Shown here: piece after piece, positions 8,524 to 17,177 of the stretch | How positions within the stretch are numbered: the first letter of the stretch is position 1 | Layout of the letters: every line of letters begins with the position of its first letter | Source of the DNA: Alphaproteobacteria bacterium | Lineage (GTDB): Bacteria > Pseudomonadota > Alphaproteobacteria > UBA6615 | Assembly (NCBI GenBank): GCA_050246875.1 | Contig: JBFWVF010000009.1 | Span: forward strand, 165,097 to 229,096 | Direction: 5' to 3' | DNA: 64,000 bases | Made by a program: the position numbers and the translations under genes | The notes under the pieces: generated by a model | What the model saw: only the letters and a program-made list of their open reading frames with translations | Database searches by the model: none | Told to the model about the DNA's origin: nothing

Positions 8524-10599
8524 ATGTCCCGAGGGCACGGAGGCAGCCAGCGTGGCGGATCGCGGGGCAGGGACCGCGACGATCGCCATGACCGCCATGG
8601 CCGCGACGACCATCGTCATGGTGGCCGCGACAATGATCGGCACGGCAACGGCCATGGCAACGACCGCCATGGCGGCGGCCACGACTATGGCAACGATGGA
8701 AACGGTCATTTCAATTTCTGGCATGGCGGCTGCTCGGTTTCCCTCCTCGCGCTGATCTGCGGCTGCGGCATCGATTTCAAGTCGATCGGCAAGCATGGCG
8801 GCTATACGGTCAACGGCACGAACGGCAACGACGTCCTGGTCGGCTCGTCGCGCGGCGACCGCATTAACGGCAAATCGGGCAACGATCTGATCACCGCCGG
8901 GGCGGGCAATGACGTGGTCATGGCCGGCAAGGGCGACGACATCGTCTACGGCGGCTCGGGCGACGACTACATCGACGGCGAGAAGGGCAACGACACCCTG
9001 CTCGGCGGCATCGGCGACGACACGATCTGTGGCGGCGACGGCGACGACAGCCTGTTCGGCGAGGACGGCGACGACACGCTTTCCGGCGGCGATGGCAATG
9101 ACCTGCTGGTCGGCGGGATCGGCGACGACAATTTGTGCGGCGGCGACGGCGCCGACTACCTGTTCGGCGAGGCTGGCGACGACATTCTCGACGGCGGCCG
9201 CGGCGACGACTGGCTCGACGGCGGCGCCGGCAACGACATTCTCAAGGGCGGCGCCGGCAACGACGGCCTCGATGGTGGTGCCGGCAACGACTGGCTCTAC
9301 GGCGAGGACGGCGACGACTGGCTCGACGGCGGCGCCGGCAACGACCGCATCTGGGGCGGCGACGGCGACGACAACGGCGTCGGCGGCCTCGGCGACGACT
9401 GGATGTTCGGCGAGGACGGTCACGACAACCTCGACGGCGGCTTCGGCGACGACCGCCTCGACGGCGGCCGCGGCAACGACAGCCTTTATGGCGGCGCCGG
9501 GCGTGACCGCCTGGACGGTGGCGCCGGCGACGACTGGCTGGACGGTGGCGGTGGCTCGGACTGGCTCTACGCCGGATCGGGGCACGACCAGATCCAGTTC
9601 GACGCCAGCGGCGACGGCGAATGGGCGTTCGGCCTGTTCGTGTACGGCACGGAAGACTATGCGATCGACGGCGGCAGCGGTTACGACGCGCTGATCGGCA
9701 CGGCCGGCGGCGACCTGATCGACCTCAGTCGTTCGGTCTGGGTCGGCGCCACGGGCGGCATCGAGATCTTCAGTCTCGGCGACGGCGACGACGTGCTGAC
9801 CGGCAAGCACGGCGCGACAATCTCGACGCAGCTCGCCGTCTACGGCGGCGAGGGGGGCGACGTGCTCTCCCTGTTCGGGATGCACAGCCGCAGCATCGAC
9901 CTCGGCGGCCTCGGCGTGTCCTACGACGTCCTCTCGACGTCGTGGACGATCACCTACGACAACGGCTGCGACGGGACCCAGTCGACGACCCTGACGAGCG
10001 CGCAGGTCGCCGATTCGGCGACGTGGGATCCGTATGGCGGACTGGCGACGACCTTCGCCGGCGCCAGCTTCCTCGGCGCCAACTTCCTCGACGGCGGCGG
10101 CGGCGCCAACTACCGGCTCGAAGGGTCGGAAGGGTCCGACATCATCTTCGGTGGATACGACGACGGCGTGCTGGACGACTTCGGCTACGACGACTTCATC
10201 TACGGTGGCGGCGGCGACGATATCCTCGTCGGTGGTGCCGGCTACGACGTGTTCTACTTCGCGCGCGGCGGCGGCCACGACTACATCATCGACGGCAACG
10301 GCCCCGACGACTTCGGCTATTCCAATGGCCTGTCGCTGTTCCAGGGCTTCGACGAGAATGGCGATATCGATGTCTCGAAGCCCGGCGTGACGTCGGCAGA
10401 TGTCCAGTTCACCAACCACGGCGACGGTACGTGGACGATTTCCTTCGCCAACGGCGACGGCGCCGTGACCTTCGCGGCGAACGAAATCAGCGACATCAGC
10501 CTCTACAGCTACTCGACCTCCGGCGGCCCGGCCGACAGCGTCACGGCCTACGCCTACAACGCCAACGACGACACCTACGACCTGCTGTTCGGCCCCTGA
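8524..10599 (+). CDS. RTX (hemolysin-type calcium-binding repeat) protein with His/Asp/Gly/Arg-rich N-terminus
   Basis: 691 aa, ATG 8524 after GGGGAAGGG. It has 29 uninterrupted GGxGxDxUx nonapeptides plus further scattered copies. Third codon positions are strongly C/G in this frame, including the N-terminal low-complexity part. Confidence 0.9.
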   Translation: MSRGHGGSQRGGSRGRDRDDRHDRHGRDDHRHGGRDNDRHGNGHGNDRHGGGHDYGNDGNGHFNFWHGGCSVSLLALICGCGIDFKSIGKHGGYTVNGTNGNDVLVGSSRGDRINGKSGNDLITAGAGNDVVMAGKGDDIVYGGSGDDYIDGEKGNDTLLGGIGDDTICGGDGDDSLFGEDGDDTLSGGDGNDLLVGGIGDDNLCGGDGADYLFGEAGDDILDGGRGDDWLDGGAGNDILKGGAGNDGLDGGAGNDWLYGEDGDDWLDGGAGNDRIWGGDGDDNGVGGLGDDWMFGEDGHDNLDGGFGDDRLDGGRGNDSLYGGAGRDRLDGGAGDDWLDGGGGSDWLYAGSGHDQIQFDASGDGEWAFGLFVYGTEDYAIDGGSGYDALIGTAGGDLIDLSRSVWVGATGGIEIFSLGDGDDVLTGKHGATISTQLAVYGGEGGDVLSLFGMHSRSIDLGGLGVSYDVLSTSWTITYDNGCDGTQSTTLTSAQVADSATWDPYGGLATTFAGASFLGANFLDGGGGANYRLEGSEGSDIIFGGYDDGVLDDFGYDDFIYGGGGDDILVGGAGYDVFYFARGGGHDYIIDGNGPDDFGYSNGLSLFQGFDENGDIDVSKPGVTSADVQFTNHGDGTWTISFANGDGAVTFAANEISDISLYSYSTSGGPADSVTAYAYNANDDTYDLLFGP
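8815..9597 (+). repeat. 27-nt periodic coding repeat (29 tandem RTX nonapeptides)
   Basis: I counted these directly from the translation, from GTNGNDVLV to AGSGHDQIQ, with no spacer between units. Confidence 0.9.
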
Positions 10600-10724
10600 G
10601 CGCCAGGCACAGGTGAGCGCCGCTCATCGTTGCTTGCTCCGGCCGCTGCATAGCGCAACACTTGTTCGGTAGTGTTGAGTCGTTTTGCCGGCGTCGTGTT
10701 TCACGCCGGCATGGGGGTGGGCCG

Positions 10725-12200
10725 GTGCAAGCTTCGAAAGGCAGCAATGCGTTCGAGCGGCCAGTCGCCGATTCCGTTGCGTTTCTCGGGGCCGTCGAGA
10801 TCGCGCGTCTGGTCCGCGAGCGTGCCCTGTCGCCGGTCGAGATCGTCGATTCCTGCCTCGCCCAGATCGAACGTCTTCAGCCGTCCATAGACGCTCTCGT
10901 CGCCGTCGTCGCCCAGCAGGCGCGGGCGACCGCGACGATGGCCGAGGACCGGGTCATGCGCGGCGATGCCCTGGGTCCGCTGCACGGTGTCCCCATCGTC
11001 GTGACCGACATGCTCGATACGGCCGGCGTTCGCACGACGTGCGGCACGGCGCGTCTCGCCAATCACGTACCGGCGCAGGACGCATTGCTCGTCGCCCGTC
11101 TCAAGCGCGCCGGCGCCATCCTGCTCGGCAAGGCAAACACGACGTCCTACGCGACCGTGTTCAGCGCGGCGAGCGAGGTGCACGGGCCGACACGCAATCC
11201 GTGGGACGTGCGGCGCACGGCAGGCGGTGCCATCGGCGGACCGGCCGCGGCCGTCGCCGCCGGCATGGCGGCCCTCGGCGTGTCCATCGACCTCGGCGGC
11301 GGCAACCGCGCGGCGCCATCGTTCTGCGGCGTTGTCGGCCTGCGTCCCACGGTCGGCCTGATACCCAACTGGCCGACCTCGTTGCCGTGGGACACGCTGG
11401 CGACGGCGGGGCCGGTGGCGCGCGACGCCGTCGATGCCGCGCTCATGCTCGGCGCCATGGCCGGGCCGACCCGTACATCGCCGATCGCCTCGGGACGTCC
11501 GGCCGAGGACTATGTCGAAGCCGTCAGCGGATTTTCCGTCGAGGGGCTGCGCGTGGCATGGCTTGCGGACCCGGCGCGGGCCGGTGTCGCGCCGGTGATC
11601 GACCGTGCCTGCCGGCGTGCTGCCGATACGCTTGCGGCGGCGGGTGCCGACCTGGCCGAGCAACGCCTCGACCTGTCCGCGGCGCGCGATGCCTTCCGCG
11701 TGCTGCACGCGCACTGGGCAGTGCTGCGTTTCGCCGACACGCTTGACCGTGTCGATGACCTGGGCCCGATGCTCTCGCAACTCGTGCGCCGTGGCCTTGG
11801 CCAGACGCCCGCCGAGTTGGCACGCGCCGAGGCGCATCGCGCGGCGCTGTGGGGCAAGCTGACCGAAGTGCTGTCGCAGTTCGACCTGTTGCTGACGCCG
11901 ACCGTGCCGGTGGTTCCGTTCGCCGCCGAGGCGCTGGGCCCGGCGGACGGCAGCATCCCTGGCGGCGCCTCGATGCCGCAGTCGTGGCTCGCCACCTGCA
12001 ACTGGGTGTCTCTGCTCGGCCTGCCGGCGGCGACCGTGCCCGTCGGCCTCGACGAAGACGGCATGCCGGTGGGTCTGCAGGTCATCGGCCCGCGATTCGC
12101 CGAGGCGGCGGTGCTCGGTGCCGCGCGGCTGGCGCAGCAGGCGCTGCCGATCGGCCTGCCGCCGGCAGCCGTGGTGGCGCGTCCGCCGGCCGCTGTATAG
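10725..12200 (+). CDS. Amidase-signature-fold protein lacking the canonical Lys/cis-Ser/Ser triad (probable pseudoenzyme)
   Basis: ORF 10662..12200. The in-frame GTG 10725 is preferred over TTG 10662, but the start is uncertain. The AS block GGAIGGPAAAVAAGMAALGVSIDLGGGNRAAPSFCGVVGLRPTVG aligns with GGSSGG...GGSIR...FCG of GatA/FAAH-type amidases. Confidence 0.8.
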   Translation: MQASKGSNAFERPVADSVAFLGAVEIARLVRERALSPVEIVDSCLAQIERLQPSIDALVAVVAQQARATATMAEDRVMRGDALGPLHGVPIVVTDMLDTAGVRTTCGTARLANHVPAQDALLVARLKRAGAILLGKANTTSYATVFSAASEVHGPTRNPWDVRRTAGGAIGGPAAAVAAGMAALGVSIDLGGGNRAAPSFCGVVGLRPTVGLIPNWPTSLPWDTLATAGPVARDAVDAALMLGAMAGPTRTSPIASGRPAEDYVEAVSGFSVEGLRVAWLADPARAGVAPVIDRACRRAADTLAAAGADLAEQRLDLSAARDAFRVLHAHWAVLRFADTLDRVDDLGPMLSQLVRRGLGQTPAELARAEAHRAALWGKLTEVLSQFDLLLTPTVPVVPFAAEALGPADGSIPGGASMPQSWLATCNWVSLLGLPAATVPVGLDEDGMPVGLQVIGPRFAEAAVLGAARLAQQALPIGLPPAAVVARPPAAV

Positions 12201-12251
12201 TTTCCCCGGCCGCGCGACGAACGCGGCGTTCGCAAGGGGGAGACGGTTCAC

Positions 12252-13325
12252 ATGAAGGCGATGGTGCTGCGCAAGGGCGGCGAGCCCTTCGTGCTGGAGG
12301 AGCGTCCGGACCCGGTGCCGGGCCCTGGCGAGGCGGTGGCGCGGGTGCTTGCCTGCGGCTCGGGCCTCACCATCCAGCACGTGCGCGCCGGCCGCATCCC
12401 GGCGAAATTTCCCATCATCATCGGCCACGAGATCACGGCCGAGATCGTCGCCATGGGCAAGTCGGACGGCATGGACGATCCGGGCCTCAAGGTCGGCGAC
12501 CCGGTGACCTGCTACTTCTACCTCAGCGAGGGGCAGGACAAGTGGACGCGCATCGCGCGCGACCCGCTGTCGACGCGCATTACCGGCTATGTCGGCCGCG
12601 ACATCGACGGCGGCTATGCCGAGTACATCAAGATGCCGTTCCGCAACTACATCCGCCTGCCCGACGGCATCGACTGGAAGGGCAAGCCGGCCGATGTCGG
12701 CGTCATCACCGACGCCATCACCACGCCGTACAAGGTGCTGGGGCGGGGCCGGGTGGCGCCGGGCGAGGTCGTCGGCGTGTGGGGCGCCGGCGGCGGCCTC
12801 GGCATCCATCAGGTGATGATGTGCCGCTGGGCCAACGCCCGCGTCGTTGCCATCGACACCGTCGCCTCGAAGCTCGAGGTCTGCAAGAAGCACGGCGCCG
12901 AATGGACGGTCGATGCCTCCAAGGTCGACGCCGTCGAGGCCATCCGCGACATCACGAAGGGTGCCGGCCTCGACGTCGCCATCGACTACGTCTCGACGAC
13001 GCGCACGCTGGAGCAGGCGGTGGCCGCCCTCGGCATCGGCGGCCGCATGGTGACGCTCGGCGGCGCCGGCAGCGACTTCAGGGCCAGCTCCGCCGACATG
13101 CTGGCGAAGGAGCTGGAACTGCTCGGCTCGCGCTACGCCTCGCGCCAGCAGATCATCGAGGCGCTCGACATCTGCGCCCGCGGCGAGGTCTGGCCGCTGG
13201 TCACCGAGACCTGGCCGCTGACCGAGGCCGAGAAGGTCCATGCGCGCGTCGAGGCCGGCCAGACGCTCGGCCGCGCCGCGCTGATGGTGGCGCCGGAGCT
13301 GTGGGGGAAGGCGACGCGAGCGTAG
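12252..13325 (+). CDS. Zinc-type alcohol dehydrogenase (MDR superfamily)
   Basis: GHE motif (IIGHEITAEIV) and nucleotide-binding VWGAGGGLG. ATG after GGGGGAG. Confidence 0.85.
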   Translation: MKAMVLRKGGEPFVLEERPDPVPGPGEAVARVLACGSGLTIQHVRAGRIPAKFPIIIGHEITAEIVAMGKSDGMDDPGLKVGDPVTCYFYLSEGQDKWTRIARDPLSTRITGYVGRDIDGGYAEYIKMPFRNYIRLPDGIDWKGKPADVGVITDAITTPYKVLGRGRVAPGEVVGVWGAGGGLGIHQVMMCRWANARVVAIDTVASKLEVCKKHGAEWTVDASKVDAVEAIRDITKGAGLDVAIDYVSTTRTLEQAVAALGIGGRMVTLGGAGSDFRASSADMLAKELELLGSRYASRQQIIEALDICARGEVWPLVTETWPLTEAEKVHARVEAGQTLGRAALMVAPELWGKATRA

Positions 13326-13339
13326 GTCAGTTCAGGCCG

Positions 13340-13480
13340 CCTCGTCCTTCGACAGGCTCAGGATGAGGCGGCTTGGTGAAGTCCGGTCATGCAGTCCAAT
13401 GTTACCCGGCATCCTCATCCTGGGCCTCCTCACCCTGAGGAGCCGCCGTCAGGCGGCGTCTCGAAGGGCGAAGGACGAGG
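13340..13480. repeat. REP-like composite palindrome (one intact + one interrupted 29-nt hairpin unit)
   Basis: CCTCGTCCTTCGACAGGCTCAGGATGAGG lies at 13340-13368. An inverted partner at 13428-13480 is interrupted by an extra GCCGCC/GGCGGC hairpin. The outer arms CCTCGTCCTTCG / CGAAGGACGAGG pair. The element sits between convergent genes. Confidence 0.8.
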
Positions 13481-13501
13481 ATGCCCGGCACCGCACGCGA
13501 C

Positions 13502-15232
13502 TCAGTGGATCTCCGGCTCGCCGATGACCTCCCCGGCGTGCAGGAAGTCGAAGTCGCAGCCGCGGTCGGCCTGGGTGACGTGCTGGGCGAACATCGAGAC
13601 GTAGCCGCGCTCGGGAACACGGTGCAGCGGCTTCCAGGCGGCCTTGCGCCGGGCGAGGTCCGCATCGTCCACGGCGAGACGCAGGGAACGGCCGCGCACG
13701 TCGAGCTCGATGATGTCGCCGTCGCGCACCAGCGCCAGCGGGCCGCCGACATGCGCCTCGGGGGCGACATGCAGCACGCAGGTGCCGTAGCTGGTGCCGG
13801 ACATGCGGGCGTCGGAAATCCGCACCATGTCGCGCACGCCCTGCTGCAGCAGCTTCTTCGGGATCGGTAGCTGGCCCCATTCCGGCATGCCCGGCGCGCC
13901 GACCGGGCCGGCGTTCTGCAGCACGAGAACGGAGTCCGCCGTCACGTCGAGTGCCGGATCGTCGATGCGCGCCTGCAGGTCGTTGTAGTCGCGGAAGACG
14001 ACGGCCGGGCCGCTGTGCTTCAGCAGCTTCGGGTCGGCGGCGGACTGCTTGATGACGGCGCCATCGGGCGCGAGGTTGCCGCGCAGGATGACCGTGCCGC
14101 CGTCGCCGCCCAAGGGATTGTCGCGGCTGTGGATGACGGCCTCGTTGTGCACCTTCGCCCCGGCGATGGCGTCGCCCAGCGTGCCGCCGGCCACCGTGCG
14201 CGCGTCGAGATGCAGCAGGTCGCCGAGCTGCGCCATCAGCGCGCCGAGGCCGCCGGCGTAATAGAAGTCCTCCATCAGGTACTCGCCGGACGGCCGGATG
14301 TTGGCGAGCCAGGGCGTGCGCCGCGAGATGCGGTCGAAGTCGTCGAGCGGCAGCGCGACGCCGGCGCGGCCGGCCATGGCGACGAGATGGATGATGGCGT
14401 TGGTCGAGCCGCCGAGCGCCATGTCGACGGTGACGGCGTTCTCGAAGGCCTGCTTCGTCAGGATGTCGGACGGCTTCAGATCCTCCCACACCATCTCGAC
14501 GATGCGCCGTCCGCAGGCGGCGGCCATGACGCCGTGGTTGGTGTCGGGGGCAGGGATGGACGACGAGCCGGGCAGGGACAGGCCGAGGGTCTCGGCCAGC
14601 GACATCATGGTCGCGGCGGTGCCCATGGTCATGCAGGTGCCGACCGAGCGGGCGACGCCGGCCAACACCTCCTCCACCGTGCGGGCGTCGACGTTGCCGG
14701 CGCGGAACTCGGCGAAATACTTCCAGTGGTCGGTGCCGCTGCCGAGCGTCAGGCCGTTCCAGTAGCCGCGCAGCATCGGTCCGGCGGGAAGGTAGATCGC
14801 CGGAATGTCGACGGAGGTGGCACCCATGATGAGGGCCGGCGTGGTCTTGTCGCAGCCGCCCATCAGCACGACGCCGTCGAGCGGGTTGGAGCGGATCAGT
14901 TCCTCCGCTTCCATCGCCAGCAGGTTGCGGTAGAGCATCGTCGACGGCTTCATCAGGATCTCGCCGAGCGATACCGCCGGCAGTTCCAGCGGAAAGCCGC
15001 CGGCCTGCCAGACGCCACGCTTCACCTGCTCGGCGCGTTCGCGGAAATGGCCGTGGCAGGTGTTGGCCTCCGACCAGGTGTTGAGGATGCCGATCACCGG
15101 CCGCTCGCCGAAATCCTCGGGCGAGAAGGCGAGCTGGCGCATGCGCCCGCGATGGCTGAAGGCGCGCATCGTCTCGCCGCCGAACCAGCGCTGGCTGCGC
15201 AGCTCGCCCGGGCTCTTGCGCCGCGTCGTCAT
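13502..15232 (-). CDS. IlvD/Edd-family dehydratase (sugar-acid / dihydroxy-acid dehydratase)
   Basis: 576 aa with hallmark GGCDKTTPALIMG. The ATG overlaps the upstream stop as ATGA. Confidence 0.9.
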   Translation of the reverse strand: MTTRRKSPGELRSQRWFGGETMRAFSHRGRMRQLAFSPEDFGERPVIGILNTWSEANTCHGHFRERAEQVKRGVWQAGGFPLELPAVSLGEILMKPSTMLYRNLLAMEAEELIRSNPLDGVVLMGGCDKTTPALIMGATSVDIPAIYLPAGPMLRGYWNGLTLGSGTDHWKYFAEFRAGNVDARTVEEVLAGVARSVGTCMTMGTAATMMSLAETLGLSLPGSSSIPAPDTNHGVMAAACGRRIVEMVWEDLKPSDILTKQAFENAVTVDMALGGSTNAIIHLVAMAGRAGVALPLDDFDRISRRTPWLANIRPSGEYLMEDFYYAGGLGALMAQLGDLLHLDARTVAGGTLGDAIAGAKVHNEAVIHSRDNPLGGDGGTVILRGNLAPDGAVIKQSAADPKLLKHSGPAVVFRDYNDLQARIDDPALDVTADSVLVLQNAGPVGAPGMPEWGQLPIPKKLLQQGVRDMVRISDARMSGTSYGTCVLHVAPEAHVGGPLALVRDGDIIELDVRGRSLRLAVDDADLARRKAAWKPLHRVPERGYVSMFAQHVTQADRGCDFDFLHAGEVIGEPEIH

Positions 15233-16125
15233 TCCGCGTCTCCGTCGGCGTCGGTCTCGGGGTAGAGGAAGGCCGGCGCGAGCTGGCCCTTGCGGCGGTG
15301 GCCTTGCGCCGTGGCGAGGCGGTAGAGGGCGGCGACCAGCGCCGTCACCGGCAGCGCCGCGCCGGTCTCGCCGGCCAGCGCCAGGGCGCCGTCGAGGTCC
15401 TTCTGCATGATTGCCGTGTTCTGCGACAGCGAGAGATCATGCGCGAGGATGCGGCGGCCGTGGCTCTGCAGCACGGCGGAATCGGCCCAGCCGCCGGCCA
15501 GCGCATCGGGCAGGCGGGCGGCGTCGATGCCGCAGCGGCGGGCGAGGTCGATGGCCTCGGCGACGCCGGCCAGGGTCGCGCCGATCATCATCTGGTTGCA
15601 CAGCTTGGTCGCCTGGCCGGCGCCGACGTCGCCCATGTGCGTCGCCTGCACGGCGAAGGCGGCGATCAGCGGCCGCACGCGTTCGACCGCTGCCGGATCG
15701 CCGCCGAGCATGGCGATCAGCCGGCCGGCGCGCGCCGCCTTTGCGCCGCCCGAGACGGGCGCGTCGACCCACGCCCGGCCGCAATCGGCGGTGAAGCGCA
15801 GGGCGATGTCGCGCGTCGCCGCCGGCGCGACCGAGGACAGGTCGACGAACACCCCGTCGGCGTTGCGGCCGGCCGCGGCGACGCCGTCGAGCCCCAGCGC
15901 CACCGCCTCGACGGCGGCGGCATCGGTGACGCAGGCGAACACCACCCGCGCCTCGCGGGCGAGCGCGGCCGGCGAGGCGGCGGCAACGGCGCCGGCCCCG
16001 ATCAGCCCCGCCGCCTTCGCAGGGGTGCGGTTCCACACCAGCACGCGATGCCCGGCGGCGACCAGCCGCTCGCAGATCGGCGTGCCGAGCAGCCCCGTGC
16101 CGATGAACCCGACGGTCTCGGGCAT
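15229..16125 (-). CDS. NAD(P)-dependent 3-hydroxyisobutyrate-dehydrogenase-family oxidoreductase
   Basis: N-terminal Rossmann motif VGFIGTGLLGTPI. 298 aa, with a 4-nt ATGA overlap onto the dehydratase. Confidence 0.85.
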   Translation of the reverse strand: MPETVGFIGTGLLGTPICERLVAAGHRVLVWNRTPAKAAGLIGAGAVAAASPAALAREARVVFACVTDAAAVEAVALGLDGVAAAGRNADGVFVDLSSVAPAATRDIALRFTADCGRAWVDAPVSGGAKAARAGRLIAMLGGDPAAVERVRPLIAAFAVQATHMGDVGAGQATKLCNQMMIGATLAGVAEAIDLARRCGIDAARLPDALAGGWADSAVLQSHGRRILAHDLSLSQNTAIMQKDLDGALALAGETGAALPVTALVAALYRLATAQGHRRKGQLAPAFLYPETDADGDAE

Positions 16126-16145
16126 GGTGTTTCCTTCGTCCGGCC

Positions 16146-16228
16146 CCTCATCCTTCGACAGGCTCAGGATGAGGAAGCGGGGAACGCCGGTACAAGCCGC
16201 CTCACCCTGAGCCTGTCGAAGGGCGAGG
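16146..16228. repeat. REP-like element: two inverted 29-nt hairpin units
   Basis: CCTCATCCTTCGACAGGCTCAGGATGAGG (16146-16174) and its variant in reverse orientation, CCTCACCCTGAGCCTGTCGAAGGGCGAGG (16200-16228). Confidence 0.85.
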
Positions 16229-16249
16229 CGGCCTCGCGCGGTGGCGCGG

Positions 16250-17104
16250 CTACTCGTTGACCACCGGGTTCTTCAGCGTGCCGATCTTGCTGATCTCGAT
16301 CTCCAGCGTGTCGCCGTGCTTCATCCAGAGCGGCGGCGTGCGTGCGGCGCCGACGCCCGAGGGTGTGCCGGTGACGATGACGTCGCCGGGATGCAGCGGC
16401 ATGAAGGTCGAGATGTACTCGATGAGCTGCGGCACGTTGAAGATGAGGTCGTCGATGCCCTCGTCCTGCACCACCGTGTCGTTGAGGCGGGTCGTCAGGC
16501 GCAGCTTCGACGGGTCGGGGATCTCGTCCGTCGTCACCATGCAGGGGCCGAAGGAGCCGGAACGCCAGTAGTTCTTGCCCGGCATGTACTGCGTCGTGTG
16601 ACGCTGCCAGTCGCGGATCGAGCCGTCGTTGTAGATCGAGTAGCCCGCCACGTAGTCGAGCGCCTTGTCGAGCGGCACGCGGCGCGCCGCCTTGCCGATG
16701 ATGACGGCAAGCTCGCCCTCGAAGTCGAAGCGCTCGCTCTCCTTCGGCCGCAGGATCGGCTGCAGGTGTGCGACGTGGCTGTCGGGCCAGCGCGGGAAGA
16801 GCAGGGGCTTGGCCGGGATCGGATTGTTCGTCTCGGCGGCGTGCTTCCTGTAGTTGAGGCCGACGCAGACGATCTTGCCCGGCCGCGTCACCGGCGGGAG
16901 ATACGTGAAGGTGCCGTCGGCGGCGTCGGGCTTCCTCGCCGCGCTCGACCAGTCGCGCGCGCGGTCCCAGGCGTCGGCCTGCGTCAGCGCCTCGTTCAGC
17001 GTCGGCATGCGGTCGGGAAAATGCACGCCGACATCGACGAGGCCGCCCTTCATGGCGACGCCCCAGGTCTCGCGGCCGTTGAACACGAAACTCACCAGCT
17101 TCAT
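16250..17104 (-). CDS. Fumarylacetoacetate hydrolase (FAH) family protein, paralog 1
   Basis: 284 aa. FAH-family blocks VGLNYRKHA, FEGELAVIIGK, PGDVIVTGTPSGVG. Confidence 0.9.
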   Translation of the reverse strand: MKLVSFVFNGRETWGVAMKGGLVDVGVHFPDRMPTLNEALTQADAWDRARDWSSAARKPDAADGTFTYLPPVTRPGKIVCVGLNYRKHAAETNNPIPAKPLLFPRWPDSHVAHLQPILRPKESERFDFEGELAVIIGKAARRVPLDKALDYVAGYSIYNDGSIRDWQRHTTQYMPGKNYWRSGSFGPCMVTTDEIPDPSKLRLTTRLNDTVVQDEGIDDLIFNVPQLIEYISTFMPLHPGDVIVTGTPSGVGAARTPPLWMKHGDTLEIEISKIGTLKNPVVNE

Positions 17105-17177
17105 CGAACGCTCCCCCGAGTGGCCCCTCCGCGCGGGAGGGAAACCTGTTGTGGCAACAAGAGAACCGATGCCCAGC

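Noticed and set aside
8815-9597. Possible CRISPR-like regular repeats (also 32404..33714 and 51416..51512)
   Set aside because: The periodicities are 27, 15 and 6 nt and lie inside coding frames (RTX nonapeptides, pentapeptides, His-Asp tail). There is no repeat-spacer organisation and there are no cas genes.
8470-10419. 649-aa minus-strand ORF (Ala/Val-rich), plus the 8456..8755, 8909..9694 and 9621..10616 plus-strand alternate frames over the RTX gene
   Set aside because: These are frame shadows of the 27-nt periodic RTX repeat. Only the 8524..10599 frame gives the GGxGxD nonapeptides and a C/G-rich third codon position.
10701-13241. 846-aa minus-strand ORF across the amidase-like and alcohol dehydrogenase genes
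   Set aside because: It is antisense to two genes with clear family motifs and crosses their intergenic region. The product is low-complexity and Arg/Gly/Ala-rich.
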